The position numbers and the translations under genes were made by a program. The notes beneath the pieces were generated by a model. The model saw only the letters and a list, made by a program, of their open reading frames with translations. It made no database searches and was not told where the DNA came from. Shown piece by piece: positions 20,655-32,122 of a stretch of DNA of 64,000 nt (position 1 is the stretch's first letter; each line of letters opens with the position of its first letter). Origin of the DNA: Thermodesulfobacteriota bacterium (GTDB lineage Bacteria; Desulfobacterota_D; UBA1144; Nemesobacterales; UBA2774); NCBI GenBank assembly GCA_963422265.1, contig OY729416.1, forward strand, positions 992,001 to 1,056,000. Direction: 5' to 3'.

Positions 20655-21560
20655 TTAAGCTCTACCCACAGAAAGTATTTTTAGAGATTTAGGAATAACT
20701 TCAATCCTATACACTCCACGCTCCAGAAAAAACGACTCTCCATCCATGTGCGCAGGAACCGTTCGGCGCAGCGAAATCTCCATACTTGGTCCTCGCTTTA
20801 TTGCTACTTCACTCAACCTAGAATGCCCGCCCTTGAGCACCTTAGGAATTTTGGCGAGCCTACTCATTGATGACATATCAGTTATAGCGTGAAAATCAAG
20901 CTCGCCGTCGTCTATCTTAGCTTCAGGAGCGAGCTTGAACCCACCCTGAGAAAAACCGTTTGACGCTCCAGTGAGCAAGACAGAACCTTCGTAGCTCCAC
21001 TCACCTACGCTGATCTTGGCTTGAAAAGCCTTAAAAGCAAGAGCTTCCTGCACGGCGGCAAGCAGGTATCCGAATCGAAGCCTCATGCGTTTTAACCTCT
21101 TAAACCTATGAGACACCGCTCCGTCAAGACCTATTCCCAAGCCGTTTATGAAGTATTCATCCTCAAGCTTTCCGACGTCCACTAACCGCTCGTCACCTGA
21201 GAAAATGTTGCGCAAAGCAAGATCACCGTCGGAAGGAATACCCGCGGATTTTGGAAAATCGTTGCCGCTTCCTAAAGGCAAAACGCCTAAAACTGCTGAA
21301 GAACCGATTAAACCATTAACAATCTCGTGCGAAGTGCCGTCTCCACCTACGGATATGAAATGCGTAAACCCATTGCTCACGGACTCTCTGGCGATCTCTT
21401 CGCCGTCACCCTTTCTTGACGTGCTTATAATCTCATAAGAAACCTTCTTTGCCTTAGCCAAGGATTCAATCTTAGGTATAAAGCTTGCTGCCCTGCCCTT
21501 GCCCGCATGAAGATTGACAATAAAACAATACTTAACGTCTTTCAAATTTGAGCCCTTCAA
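20655..21560 (-). CDS. Diacylglycerol/lipid kinase family protein
   Basis: N..AG.G, GGDGT..E..NG, LPLGSGNDF, DGE. Confidence 0.9.
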   Translation of the reverse strand: MKGSNLKDVKYCFIVNLHAGKGRAASFIPKIESLAKAKKVSYEIISTSRKGDGEEIARESVSNGFTHFISVGGDGTSHEIVNGLIGSSAVLGVLPLGSGNDFPKSAGIPSDGDLALRNIFSGDERLVDVGKLEDEYFINGLGIGLDGAVSHRFKRLKRMRLRFGYLLAAVQEALAFKAFQAKISVGEWSYEGSVLLTGASNGFSQGGFKLAPEAKIDDGELDFHAITDMSSMSRLAKIPKVLKGGHSRLSEVAIKRGPSMEISLRRTVPAHMDGESFFLERGVYRIEVIPKSLKILSVGRA

Positions 21561-21706
21561 AGTAAAATCAAGATAGACTCAATATATCACTATTACACGT
21601 TTACGACAAAATTAAGAACTACAATTGAAAACCGACTTATTATATGTTATAAAATCCTGTTTAGTTGAAACGAAATTTGTAAGAAGCTAGGAGGTTATTT
21701 TACAAG

Positions 21707-22696
21707 ATGGCAGAAGAGACTCAAACGTCAGGGCAAGCTATGGACTCCGTGAGTATGAAACAACTGCTTGAGTCTGGAGTGCATTTTGGACACCAGGTAA
21801 GCCATTGGAACCCTAAAATGAAGGGTTTCATCTTTGGCAACAGAAATGGTATCCATATAATTGACCTTCAACAAACAGTTGGATTATTCAAAAAAGCTTA
21901 TGACTTTGCCAGAGACGTCGTAGGTAACGGAGGGGACTTATTATTTGTAGGAACTAAGAAACAAGCACGAAGCATAATAGATGAAGAAGCAACACGATGT
22001 GAAATGCCCTATGTGAATACGCGTTGGCTGGGCGGAACGATTACAAATTTTACGACCATTAGAGCCAGGGTGGATTACCTTCTTGAGTTAAAGAAACTTG
22101 AAGAAGAAGGGCAAATGGAGCGCCTGCCGAAAAAAGAAGCCAAAGGGTTAAAAAGAGAAATACAGAAGCTCGAATACCTACTTGGCGGAATTGTGCAAAT
22201 GAAGACTTTCCCTAAAGCCTTATACATTGTTGACACGAGGAAGGAGCATATAGCCGTGCATGAAGCTAGGAAATTCGGAATACCCATCATAGGCGTTATA
22301 GACACGAACTCTAATCCTGACCACGCGGATTATATAATCCCAAGCAATGATGACGCCATAAGAGCAATTAAACTTTTCACATCTCGCATCGCCGACGCTT
22401 GCATTGAAGGAAAGCATATATACGAGCAGAAATTACAAGCAGGAGAAGCAGTTGAAGAAAAACTCGGGAAGACCGCTGATTTGGTAGTGGAAAGAAAAGT
22501 GTTCGTATTTAAGGAATACGGAGAAGAATCAGAAAAAGAAAGCACAACCTCGGTCGCAGTATCCGAAGGGGGTGCTGAGGAAGTCAAAGCCCAGCCAACA
22601 TCCGATAAGGCATACGCCGAGGCAAGACCAGATGGTGAGGAAACAACTGCTAGCTCGAAGTCCGCAGACGGCACAGAAAATGCTCAAAGCAATTAG
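21707..22696 (+). CDS. rpsB: 30S ribosomal protein S2 with acidic C-terminal extension
   Basis: [28 protein letters not shown]. Confidence 0.98.
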   Translation: MAEETQTSGQAMDSVSMKQLLESGVHFGHQVSHWNPKMKGFIFGNRNGIHIIDLQQTVGLFKKAYDFARDVVGNGGDLLFVGTKKQARSIIDEEATRCEMPYVNTRWLGGTITNFTTIRARVDYLLELKKLEEEGQMERLPKKEAKGLKREIQKLEYLLGGIVQMKTFPKALYIVDTRKEHIAVHEARKFGIPIIGVIDTNSNPDHADYIIPSNDDAIRAIKLFTSRIADACIEGKHIYEQKLQAGEAVEEKLGKTADLVVERKVFVFKEYGEESEKESTTSVAVSEGGAEEVKAQPTSDKAYAEARPDGEETTASSKSADGTENAQSN

Positions 22697-22762
22697 TCGT
22701 CAGACAACGATTCTCTAAAGACTAGGGAATAGTCACACAGCATAAGGAGGAGTAAGTAAGAA

Positions 22763-23368
22763 ATGGCTGATATTACGGCTCAGATGGTTAAAGAAATAAG
22801 AGATAAAACCGGGGCGCCCTTTCTTGATTGCAAAAAAGCTCTCGAAGAAGTGGAAGGAGATTTTGATAAAGCTATTGATATACTCAAAATTAAAGGGGTT
22901 ACGAAAGCGTCTAAAAAAATCGGACGAGAAACCCCTGAGGGAACAATCTCTTCATATATACACGCAGGAGGAAAAATTGGGGTAATGGTCGAGGTCAACT
23001 GCGAGACCGACTTCGTAGCAAGAAATGAAGAATTCCAAAATTTTGTCAAAGAAATCGCAATGCAGATAGCCGCTGCAAATCCTTCGTATATAAGCAGAGA
23101 AGAGATACCAAAGCCGGAGCTTGAGAAGGAAAAGGAAGTGATGAGGGCTCAAGTAATTGAATCGGGGAAACCGGCGACCATCGCTGAAAAGATAGTTCAG
23201 GGGAAAATAGAAAAATACTTTGAGGAATCATGCCTGCTTGACCAAACGTATATAAGGGATTCTAAGCAAAAAATCAGCGACCTGTTACAAGCACTTATTG
23301 CAAAGACCGGAGAGAATATGAGAATAAGACGTTTCGCAAGGTTCCAGCTAGGCGAGCCTCTTGATTAA
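22763..23368 (+). CDS. tsf: Elongation factor Ts (short form)
   Basis: [15 protein letters not shown]; follows rpsB. Confidence 0.97.
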   Translation: MADITAQMVKEIRDKTGAPFLDCKKALEEVEGDFDKAIDILKIKGVTKASKKIGRETPEGTISSYIHAGGKIGVMVEVNCETDFVARNEEFQNFVKEIAMQIAAANPSYISREEIPKPELEKEKEVMRAQVIESGKPATIAEKIVQGKIEKYFEESCLLDQTYIRDSKQKISDLLQALIAKTGENMRIRRFARFQLGEPLD

Positions 23369-24125
23369 GAAAGTAGGCAATATGGGTTCTCCAAAAACTA
23401 CCGTAGCCAAATATCGTAAGATACTCCTAAAACTAAGTGGAGAAGCCCTGCAAGGACAGAAAGGTTATGGCATTAGCCCTAAGGTGCTTGAAACAATATC
23501 AGATGAAATTGTAGAAATACACGGCTTAGGAATTCAAATCGCGGTAGTTATCGGTGGAGGAAATATCTTTAGAGGGGTTGGAGGTGAAGATTCCACCGGG
23601 GTTGACAGAACTACCGGAGACTATATGGGGATGCTCGCAACTGTAATCAACGCGCTTGCCCTTCAAGATTCTCTTGAGAAAAAGAAAATTCATACGAGAG
23701 TTTTAACCGCTCTTGAAATAAAACAGGTCGCCGAACCTTATATAAGGAGGCGAGCCATAAGGCACCTTGAGAAGGGGCGCGTAGTTATTTGCGCCGCAGG
23801 AACTGGGAATCCCTTCTTCACAACCGATACGGCGGCTACGCTCAGAGCACTTGAAATAGGTGCAGATCTTATACTCAAAGCCACTAAAGTTGACGGTGTC
23901 TATGACAAAGACCCTTTGAAACATAAGGACGCCGTCAAATTCAAAGAACTAAATTACATGGAAGTGCTTAAGCAAGAGTTAAAGATAATGGACGCCACCG
24001 CAATATCCTTATGCATGCAGGGTAATATTCCAATCATAGTTTTTAATTTATTTCAAAGTGGCAATATAAAGAAGGTAGTCATGGGGGAAGAGATAGGAAC
24101 CATAGTGAAGGAGAGTTTAATATGA
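23361..24125 (+). CDS. pyrH: UMP kinase
   Basis: [25 protein letters not shown]. Start may be ATG 23381. Confidence 0.97.
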   Translation: MIKKVGNMGSPKTTVAKYRKILLKLSGEALQGQKGYGISPKVLETISDEIVEIHGLGIQIAVVIGGGNIFRGVGGEDSTGVDRTTGDYMGMLATVINALALQDSLEKKKIHTRVLTALEIKQVAEPYIRRRAIRHLEKGRVVICAAGTGNPFFTTDTAATLRALEIGADLILKATKVDGVYDKDPLKHKDAVKFKELNYMEVLKQELKIMDATAISLCMQGNIPIIVFNLFQSGNIKKVVMGEEIGTIVKESLI

Positions 24126-24694
24126 GTGAGGATAAAGAATTAGAGGGCATTATTCAACGGGCGGATGAAAGGATGAAGAAGTCTTTGAACACCTTTGACT
24201 CTGAGCTTTCAAGGATCAGAACTGGAAGAGCCTCTTCTGCGTTGGTTGAACATATAATGGTGGATTACTACGGAGTCAAGACGCCCTTAAACCAGATGGC
24301 TACTATTTCGACTCCGGAGGCAAGAACGATCCTGATCCAGCCCTGGGATATGAACGCGGTAAGCGAGATTGAAAAAGCGATTATGACGTCTGAGCTTGGA
24401 ATAAATCCCTCTAACGACGGCAAGATTATAAGGCTCGTAATCCCCGTGCTCACCGAAGAACGCAGAAAGGAGCTGGTTAAATTCGTAAGCAAGGTCGGAG
24501 AGGACTACAAAGTCTCGATTAGACAGATAAGAAAAGATACTAACCACACGCTAAAAGAAGTCGAGAAAGAGGATAATATATCGGAGGATGAAGTTAAAAA
24601 GCAGCTTAATAAGGTGCAAGCTATGACCGACAAACACATAAAGGAAGTTGGCGAGATACTAGAAAAAAAAGAAAAGGAAATTCTGGAGATATAA
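24122..24694 (+). CDS. frr: Ribosome recycling factor
   Basis: [22 protein letters not shown]. Confidence 0.97.
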   Translation: MSEDKELEGIIQRADERMKKSLNTFDSELSRIRTGRASSALVEHIMVDYYGVKTPLNQMATISTPEARTILIQPWDMNAVSEIEKAIMTSELGINPSNDGKIIRLVIPVLTEERRKELVKFVSKVGEDYKVSIRQIRKDTNHTLKEVEKEDNISEDEVKKQLNKVQAMTDKHIKEVGEILEKKEKEILEI

Positions 24695-24763
24695 AAAGGC
24701 GAGAATCTCAAATGAGTTCAGAACAACTACAATACACCAAACTAAATTAACGTAAAGGGAACA

Positions 24764-25546
24764 ATGTCAGTAAGGATTCTAGTATCAAATGACGACGGTA
24801 TAAACTCGGTAGGAATCCATAAGCTCGTTGAGTTCCTGAAAAGCCTCGGAGAAGTATTCGTAGTAGCTCCTGACAGGGATCAGAGCGCGTCAAGTCATTC
24901 TCTAAGTCTATACAGACCGCTCAGAATTGAAAAAATCGGGGATAGCGTTTACTGCGTCGATGGTACCCCCACTGATTGCGTTAACATTGCCGTAAATGGC
25001 ATTTTGAAAGATAGAAAACCCGACTTAATAGTATCGGGTATTAACAAAGGCGAGAACCTAGGTGACGATATAACCTATTCTGGAACGGTAAGCGCAGCTA
25101 TAGAAGGCGTGCTACTTGGGATACCTTCTATCGCCATATCGCTTGCGAGTAGGGAAAGCATTAATTTTGAAACCGCAGCCCTGCACGCGCAAACAATCGC
25201 CAAATACGTTTTGAATAAATCACTTCCTCAATATACCCTTCTAAATGTGAACGTCCCCGATCTCAGCTTTAAGGAAATAAAAGGAAGGATGGTTACAAGG
25301 CAAGGGAAACGCATATATGGTGATCCTATAGTAGAGAAAATAGACCCCAGGGGCAAGAAATACTACTGGATAGGCGGTGATGAGCTTAGATACGATCATA
25401 TAGAAAAATCAGATATTGCCGCCGTTAGAGAAGGATACGTCTCCATCACCCCTGTAAGCCTCGATTGGACAAAGCACGATTTCCTGGATACACTAGAATC
25501 TCATACCCAGTCATGGCCTAGCGTATATCCGCCACACGATGCTTAA
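24764..25546 (+). CDS. surE: 5'/3'-nucleotidase SurE
   Basis: ILVSNDDG, GTPTDCV, SGIN.GENLG, YSGTV. Confidence 0.96.
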   Translation: MSVRILVSNDDGINSVGIHKLVEFLKSLGEVFVVAPDRDQSASSHSLSLYRPLRIEKIGDSVYCVDGTPTDCVNIAVNGILKDRKPDLIVSGINKGENLGDDITYSGTVSAAIEGVLLGIPSIAISLASRESINFETAALHAQTIAKYVLNKSLPQYTLLNVNVPDLSFKEIKGRMVTRQGKRIYGDPIVEKIDPRGKKYYWIGGDELRYDHIEKSDIAAVREGYVSITPVSLDWTKHDFLDTLESHTQSWPSVYPPHDA

Positions 25547-26126
25547 GAGACTTTACAACTGGGTGCTTAGCTGGGCTGATACCAAATACGGCACCCCAGC
25601 TTTAGCCTCCGTTTCCTTTGTAGAATCCTCTTTCTTCCCACTACCCCCCGACCCATTTCTTATGGCTCTTTGTCTTGGAAAACCCAGAAAATCCTTTTGG
25701 TATGCCTTCATTTGCTCAGTAAGTTCTGTGCTTGGTGGTTTAGCTGGTTACCTAATTGGTTGGGCGCTTTGGGAGATTGTAGGCGATTTCTTTTTAACAA
25801 ACGTTTTCGGTCAGGAAGCGTTTTCATACGTTAGCAAAAGATATGAAGAAAATGCCTTTCTTGCTATACTGGGCGCAGCCTTCACGCCGATTCCATATAA
25901 AGTATTCACGGTTACGGCAGGCGTCTTCCAAATAAACGTTTTGACGTTGATAATAGCATCATCTATAGGACGCTCGGCTAGATTTTTTCTTGAGGCAGGG
26001 TTAATCTTTTTCTTTGGCGAGAAAGTAAAATCCTTTATAGATAGATACTTTAATACGATCGCGTCTCTCTTTTTTACAGCCCTTGTTTTCGGATTCGTTA
26101 TAGTCAAACTCGTATTCAAGAATTAG
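25539..26126 (+). CDS. YqaA/DedA family membrane protein
   Basis: ESSFFPLPPD, TPIPYKVFT, GRSARF. Confidence 0.9.
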   Translation: MLKRLYNWVLSWADTKYGTPALASVSFVESSFFPLPPDPFLMALCLGKPRKSFWYAFICSVSSVLGGLAGYLIGWALWEIVGDFFLTNVFGQEAFSYVSKRYEENAFLAILGAAFTPIPYKVFTVTAGVFQINVLTLIIASSIGRSARFFLEAGLIFFFGEKVKSFIDRYFNTIASLFFTALVFGFVIVKLVFKN

Positions 26127-26169
26127 AACCCATTAAGCAATGGATTTATAACAATACGGAGGTGTATTT

Positions 26170-27375
26170 ATGGGCGATTTCCATCAAACTGAAACAATTT
26201 CTACGCTGCACAGACTAAATAGAACGAACGCAGAACAACTAGAAGAGCAGCTTAACGTATATTGTAAAGATCGCCCTATAGCCCTTGTGCTACCCTGCCT
26301 CTATTCAGAGCTAAAAAGAGAAGCTCTAAAAGACATCATATCTGAACTAAAAGACGTTACTTACCTTAACGAAATTGTAATAACGCTCGGCAGAGCTAAT
26401 AAAGATGAGTTCAAACACGCTCAGGAGTTCTTCTCTATTCTTCCAAACTACAAACTGATATGGGATGACTCAGAGAGTATCATATCCCTTTTCAACCTGT
26501 TAAAGGAAAACGGGCTTGACGCAGGAGAAAGGGGTAAAGGAAGAGCCGCCTGGATAGCATATGGTTACATCTTGGCACGAGGGTCTAGCGAAGTTATAGC
26601 GCTTCATGATTGTGATATTCTAACTTACGGTAGGGAGTTATTAGCAAGATTGTGCTACCCTCTGGCAAACCCCAACATGGATTATGAGTTTTGTAAGGGA
26701 TATTACCCAAGAGTAACTGACAGATTATATGGTAGAGTGACAAGGCTATTTATCTCGCCTGTAATCAGGGCGCTGAAAAACATCTGTGGATACCTGCCCT
26801 TTTTAGTTTATCTAGATGGCTTTAGGTATCCGCTCGCCGGGGAGTTTTCGATGAAGACTGATCTTGTCAGAATAAACCGTATCCCTGCAGACTGGGGACT
26901 CGAAGTAGGATCCCTCGCTGAGGTGTTTCGTAACGTATCTATGAAAAGAATATGTCAAGTTGACCTTGCCGATAATTATGATCACAAGCATCAGGAAGTA
27001 TCTCACGACGCTCCATCGGGAGGTCTTCTTAAGATGTGCGTAGATATTTCAAAATCGCTTTTCAGAATTCTTTCATCAGAGGGGGTTAGGTTTTCGGAAA
27101 GCCTCTTTAGAACCCTAATAGTTACTTACCTAAAAATAGCCCAAGACACTATCAAAATGTATGACGACGACGCTGCGATCAACGGACTGTTTTTTGACAG
27201 ACACGCCGAGGGTCTCGCCGTCGAGACGTTCGTTCAAGGCTTGTCGCTGGCAAGTAAGGGTTTTCTTGAAGACCCTCTCAGTGCTCAACTTATACCTAAT
27301 TGGAGCAGAGTAACCTCTGCAATTCCCGATTTTCTCGACCAGTTAGAACAAGTAGTAGAAGAGCATAATGCCTAA
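26170..27375 (+). CDS. Glucosyl/mannosyl-3-phosphoglycerate synthase-like glycosyltransferase
   Basis: GKGR, HDCD, GRVTRL, YPLAGEF, WGLE; paired with the HAD phosphatase. Confidence 0.8.
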   Translation: MGDFHQTETISTLHRLNRTNAEQLEEQLNVYCKDRPIALVLPCLYSELKREALKDIISELKDVTYLNEIVITLGRANKDEFKHAQEFFSILPNYKLIWDDSESIISLFNLLKENGLDAGERGKGRAAWIAYGYILARGSSEVIALHDCDILTYGRELLARLCYPLANPNMDYEFCKGYYPRVTDRLYGRVTRLFISPVIRALKNICGYLPFLVYLDGFRYPLAGEFSMKTDLVRINRIPADWGLEVGSLAEVFRNVSMKRICQVDLADNYDHKHQEVSHDAPSGGLLKMCVDISKSLFRILSSEGVRFSESLFRTLIVTYLKIAQDTIKMYDDDAAINGLFFDRHAEGLAVETFVQGLSLASKGFLEDPLSAQLIPNWSRVTSAIPDFLDQLEQVVEEHNA

Positions 27376-28186
27376 TAAACTAGTAATCATCTCTGATCTT
27401 GACGGCACTCTCTTGGATCATCAAACGTACTCCTTCAGTGCGGCGCTGCCAGCGCTGGAGTTAATAAAATCAAAAGGCGTGCCCCTTATTATATGCACAA
27501 GCAAAACACGCGGAGAGATAGAGACCTATAGAAAATTGTTAGATAATAACTTCCCCTTTATATCAGAAAATGGAGGGGGAATATTTATCCCCAATGGGTT
27601 TTTAAAGCACGAATTCAAATATGATAAATCTACGAACGGGTATAGGGTTATAGAGCTTGGAACCAGGCGAGAGCTATTGATAGAAGTGCTTAAGTGCACT
27701 GCGAAAGACGCAGAGATTCAGATAAAGGGTTTCTCAGACATGAAAATTTCTGAAATAGCGGAATTAACCGGGCTAGACGAGAAAGACGCCAAGCTCGCCA
27801 GTGAACGCGACTATAGCGAGCCATTCTTAATTTATGGTAATGGAGATAATGCCAACTCTATAAAACATAATATCCACCTAAAAGCATATCGTCATACTCA
27901 GGGAGGCAGATTCCACCACATTCTGGGGAACAATGATAAAGGTAAGGCTGTAAAAACTCTTTGCAAGCTGTTTGTAAACGAATACGGGGAGCATATCAAG
28001 ACCATAGGCTTAGGGGACAGCTTGAACGATTTGTCCATGCTTGAGGTAGTAGATGTTCCAATACTGGTTCAGAAGCCTAACGGGGAATATGATGATAGAA
28101 TCAAACTCAAAAATCTGATTCCTGCAGATGGTAAAGGCCCTCAAGGTTGGAACTCTGCAATCTTAAAACTACTCGCGAAACACTAA
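27368..28186 (+). CDS. Mannosyl/glucosyl-3-phosphoglycerate phosphatase (HAD IIB)
   Basis: DLDGTLLD, TSKT, ENGG, GDSLND. Confidence 0.88.
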   Translation: MPNKLVIISDLDGTLLDHQTYSFSAALPALELIKSKGVPLIICTSKTRGEIETYRKLLDNNFPFISENGGGIFIPNGFLKHEFKYDKSTNGYRVIELGTRRELLIEVLKCTAKDAEIQIKGFSDMKISEIAELTGLDEKDAKLASERDYSEPFLIYGNGDNANSIKHNIHLKAYRHTQGGRFHHILGNNDKGKAVKTLCKLFVNEYGEHIKTIGLGDSLNDLSMLEVVDVPILVQKPNGEYDDRIKLKNLIPADGKGPQGWNSAILKLLAKH

Positions 28187-28239
28187 CAAGAAGAGCTTAT
28201 AACTAACCAAGGCTGATGCGCAACAGTTTTATTAGGTAA

Positions 28240-29202
28240 GTGAACAACGTGCATATATTACGAAAGACAAGATCCCGTGGAAACAGAATGGCTCCGTTCA
28301 TTGTAGGTGCTATAATAATCCATCTACTGATCTTATTTTTAGCATTTATATATCAAACCGTCATCTTTGAAGACAAGAAAGCTAAAAAAGAAGAGAGAAA
28401 ACCGGATTTTATAGAAATTACCGAACTCATTGTGCCAAAGGAGAAAGAAACGCCGCCCCCTGAAGAGCCTAAACGGCTCGCCGAGAGGTCTCATAAGGCT
28501 CAGGAAGAAAAATCAAAGGACGATTGGACTAAGCGCTCCGCAGCCGTGCCCCGCCAGCCGAAACCCGCTCCAGGTCAAAAAGCTAAGCCTAAACCTCTCA
28601 AAAAGGAAATTAAGAAAGCCGAGGATAAACGGAAAAAAGCCCAAAGACAGGCGTCAAAGACTGATCTGCCAGTCGATAAACAACTGGCTTCTTTGCCTAA
28701 AGATAAACCAAAGGACGAGGTGCAAGAATCGCTAGTTCCTAAAATCCAAACGCAAAAGGACAATTACGAAATAGTGGAGGAAGTCCCCTTTAGTGCCTCG
28801 CGGAACACCCCTACTAGAGACCCGCAACGCCAGCAAGACTTAATGGGATCGCGCGACGTTGAGAAAAAAGAAGAAACGGTAGATTTAAGCACGACGGAGT
28901 TTAAATACCTCTCCTACTTCATAAAGCTAAAAAGACAAATAGAAGGGGTTTGGAATTATCCAGAAGAATCCCGAATTCGGGGAGAGCAGGGAAAACTTTT
29001 TCTAGTGTTTAGTATCAACAGAGATGGAACACTCGCAGGCGTAGAACTTCTAACCTCGTCAGGTTACGCTAGGTTGGACGACGAAGCAATGAGATCCATA
29101 CGCGTCGCATCACCCTTTCCCCCATTCCCCAAAAGCTGGGACGGATTAGAAAGACTAAACGTTAGAGCCACATTTGAATACGGCTATGGAAGAATCTTTT
29201 AG
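28240..29202 (+). CDS. TonB family protein
   Basis: N-terminal TM helix with His, Pro/Lys-rich linker, WNYP...SSG...LD..A TonB C-terminal domain. Start may be ATG 28288. Confidence 0.85.
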   Translation: MNNVHILRKTRSRGNRMAPFIVGAIIIHLLILFLAFIYQTVIFEDKKAKKEERKPDFIEITELIVPKEKETPPPEEPKRLAERSHKAQEEKSKDDWTKRSAAVPRQPKPAPGQKAKPKPLKKEIKKAEDKRKKAQRQASKTDLPVDKQLASLPKDKPKDEVQESLVPKIQTQKDNYEIVEEVPFSASRNTPTRDPQRQQDLMGSRDVEKKEETVDLSTTEFKYLSYFIKLKRQIEGVWNYPEESRIRGEQGKLFLVFSINRDGTLAGVELLTSSGYARLDDEAMRSIRVASPFPPFPKSWDGLERLNVRATFEYGYGRIF

Positions 29203-29223
29203 TTTTGCAAGAGAAGATTAAGC

Positions 29224-30267
29224 CTACAAAATAGCTATACTCGGACCCTGCTTCCTTCTCTTATTAACCTCGCCAATCAAATATGCTTTTTCATTTAATA
29301 TGCTCAGACTCCTTAATATAGAGTCGGCGTCATCCCTCTTAACGATTAAAACCATACCGATTCCACAGTTGAAGGTTCTTAGCATCTCTTGCTTGCTCAC
29401 TTGACCAACTTCACTTATAAGCCTCATTATAGGGGGCATTTCCCATAAAGAGGAATCCAGATAAACGGCGCAACTTTGGGGCACCGACCTTGGCACGTTC
29501 TCGGTTAAGCCTCCACCCGTTATATGTGCCAGAGCCTTAATTTGGAACTCTTCTTTGAGCCTTAGAATAGTTTTTACATAGATTCTGGTCGGTTCAAGAA
29601 GCTCCTCGGCTAATGTTCTTTTGACAAGGGGATAGGGTGAGTCTCTGAGATCAAGCTTGTTTTGCTGTAGAAGCACTAGCCTAGCAAGTGAATAGCCATT
29701 TGAATGAAGCCCACTAGACTCAATACCTATTACGGCGTCCCCCACGTTAACCTGAGAGCCGTCAATAACCTCGTCTCTATTCACGGCACCCACGACAAAG
29801 CCTGCAAGATCAAATTCATCCTCCTTGTAAAAGCCGGGCATCTCAGCGGTCTCTCCACCGAGAAGCACGCAACCCGCTTGCTTGCAACCCTTTGCTATGC
29901 CTTTTACTATTTCGGTGCATGATTTGGGATCGAGATCAGAGGTAGCAAGATAATCAAGGAAGAATAAAGGCTCGGCGCCACAAGTAATGACGTCATTCAC
30001 ATTCATTGCCACAAGATCAACGCCTATGGTATCGAGTTTGCCCGTCATGAAAGCAACCTTGAGCTTGGTGCCTACGCCATCAGCAGCAGCTACGAGTATA
30101 GGGGACTTAAACTTATCTAAAGGAAGGGCATACGCGCCTGAAAAACCACCCAACTTCCCAACCACGTTATTATTAGTTGTCGATTCAGCGATAGGTTTTA
30201 TAAGCTTGACAAACATATTCCCAGCGTCTATGTCAACGCCTGAGCTTTTATAGGTAGTCTTGGACAT
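29224..30267 (-). CDS. purM: Phosphoribosylformylglycinamidine cyclo-ligase
   Basis: SGVDI, DGVGTK, GGETAEMPG, SSGLHSNGYSL, TFNCGIG. Confidence 0.98.
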   Translation of the reverse strand: MSKTTYKSSGVDIDAGNMFVKLIKPIAESTTNNNVVGKLGGFSGAYALPLDKFKSPILVAAADGVGTKLKVAFMTGKLDTIGVDLVAMNVNDVITCGAEPLFFLDYLATSDLDPKSCTEIVKGIAKGCKQAGCVLLGGETAEMPGFYKEDEFDLAGFVVGAVNRDEVIDGSQVNVGDAVIGIESSGLHSNGYSLARLVLLQQNKLDLRDSPYPLVKRTLAEELLEPTRIYVKTILRLKEEFQIKALAHITGGGLTENVPRSVPQSCAVYLDSSLWEMPPIMRLISEVGQVSKQEMLRTFNCGIGMVLIVKRDDADSILRSLSILNEKAYLIGEVNKRRKQGPSIAIL

Positions 30268-30441
30268 TACAAGTTCAAAAGATACCGCCTTCCCTCCGTT
30301 AAGACAACCTAGCGGCTAGGCATCCACTTATCAGATAATTAGCAATTTACCCAACCTATGAAATCTATTTGACACTTCAGCGCAAGTTTAGTAGGATGTT
30401 TTTTAAGAAATCTAACGCCAGTATAAGGTAGATAGTTAGAA

Positions 30442-30654
30442 GTGAGTAATGCAACCAAGTGGAAATTTGTCGCCGTGGCGGTATTCATCCTAGCAGCAAT
30501 ATCCTTTACCCCTTTGGTAATCCCCTACGGAATAGCTGAACCATACGTTTTGGGACTACCAAGAACTCTGTGGGCTGGGCTGGTGATATCACTTTCCATA
30601 TACGCCCTGCTTGTTTTGGCGATGTTGACGTCGTGCGGCGAGAACGATAAGTAG
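30442..30654 (+). CDS. Small 2-TM protein accompanying the symporter
   Basis: Two hydrophobic helices with a P..LGLP motif; sits upstream of an SSS gene. Confidence 0.7.
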   Translation: MSNATKWKFVAVAVFILAAISFTPLVIPYGIAEPYVLGLPRTLWAGLVISLSIYALLVLAMLTSCGENDK

Positions 30655-30684
30655 CCCGTTAGTGAGAAGGGGGAAGATCTATAT

Positions 30685-32109
30685 ATGAGCAGAGGAATAA
30701 CGTTTATTGCGGTTGCGCTAGTATATCTTGCCGTGCTGATAACCCTTGCCGTCATAGGAAACAGGAAAAACAAGGGCGATGAGCATCAGTTTTTTCTCGC
30801 TGGCGGCAACCTTGGGACAATAATAGGCTTTCTAACCTTCTTCGCCACTTTATACAGCACTTTTATTTTAATAGGTATGCCTAACTTTTTCCGCGTTCAT
30901 GGGGTGGGAACGTGGATATTCCTCGGCGTAACGGACATGGTTCTAGCGGTCTTCACGCTTTGGCTCTCCCTTAAGCTACGAGAAAGGATCGCTTCTAGAG
31001 AGTTTCGCAGCATAACGGACCTGTTGAGGGAAACCTATGGCTCTTACGGGCTTTTAGTTTACGTTACGGGGTTGGTTATATTCCTTGTTCCTTACATTGC
31101 TATTCAGATCAAGGGAGCCTCCGGACTTCTAGCAAACGTGGTTCCATACGACGTTCCACAGTGGACGTGGGCAGTAATTATCCTTATGCTCATGTATGTC
31201 TATTCCTCAATAGGTGGACTCAGAGGTATTATGTATTGCGACGCTCTTCAGGGAATCATGCTGTTTACGGTTATTTGGATAATGGCAGCGATCATTCTGG
31301 TAAACTTTGGCGGCATTGGTAAGCTAATCCAATCCGTGCAGGCAACGGAACCCGCTCTGCTGTCCACCCCGGGACCCAAGGGATTATTGTCTGTTCAGTG
31401 GCTCCTTGTGGGATTTATATCCATCGTCTTGCTACCCGTGTCGCAACCTCAGCTAACCTCAAGGCTTAGCATACTTAAGGGCTTAAACGAGAGGCGCAAG
31501 GTGCCTGTGCTGCACGCTTCATTCACCTTTCTACTCCTGATAGCAGGGCTCATAATAGGTCTTTATGGTGCCGTCGCCATACCTGCCACAACGGCTCCAG
31601 AGTTCATCGGCAAGTTGATATTGGAACAGAACGCCGCCATTGGCGCCATTGCCCTTATAGGCATTCTAGCGGCAGCTATGTCAACGTCCGACTCCCAGTT
31701 TTTTGCGCTTGGATGCGAGATCAACAACGCTTTCGCAAAGTTCAGCAGTAAGCTAAAAGTGTCCCCTATAGTATTTGTGAAGATAATCATACTGGTATTC
31801 TGCGTCGCCTCTTTCATCGTCGCTATCAAAAGCTCTCAGGGACTTATATCGCTTGCCGTGTCAGGATTTATGGGAACCGCTCTTATGGCACCGATGGTCC
31901 TCGTTTCAATTTTGTTCAAGAGAAGAAGTTTCGGCGTCTTAATCCCGATTGTTACCGTATTCAGTCTAGTCATATTTCTGACGTCCCTTTTCGGTCTAGC
32001 TCCAAAGACGTTAGGAGGGATACGCACGGACCTGATCCTGCTTGCCGTGAATACTTTAATTACTACTCTAGCGGTTTTAACGAAGCCAAAGATAAAGGGG
32101 GAGCGTTAG
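30685..32109 (+). CDS. Sodium:solute symporter family protein
   Basis: FFLAG, GGLRG...DALQG, AAAMSTSDSQ; about 13 TM segments. Confidence 0.9.
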   Translation: MSRGITFIAVALVYLAVLITLAVIGNRKNKGDEHQFFLAGGNLGTIIGFLTFFATLYSTFILIGMPNFFRVHGVGTWIFLGVTDMVLAVFTLWLSLKLRERIASREFRSITDLLRETYGSYGLLVYVTGLVIFLVPYIAIQIKGASGLLANVVPYDVPQWTWAVIILMLMYVYSSIGGLRGIMYCDALQGIMLFTVIWIMAAIILVNFGGIGKLIQSVQATEPALLSTPGPKGLLSVQWLLVGFISIVLLPVSQPQLTSRLSILKGLNERRKVPVLHASFTFLLLIAGLIIGLYGAVAIPATTAPEFIGKLILEQNAAIGAIALIGILAAAMSTSDSQFFALGCEINNAFAKFSSKLKVSPIVFVKIIILVFCVASFIVAIKSSQGLISLAVSGFMGTALMAPMVLVSILFKRRSFGVLIPIVTVFSLVIFLTSLFGLAPKTLGGIRTDLILLAVNTLITTLAVLTKPKIKGER

Positions 32110-32122
32110 AGCGTTAGCCAAT

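Noticed and set aside
21707-23368. Long acidic S2 tail and short EF-Ts
   Set aside because: Both are known lineage variants of housekeeping proteins.
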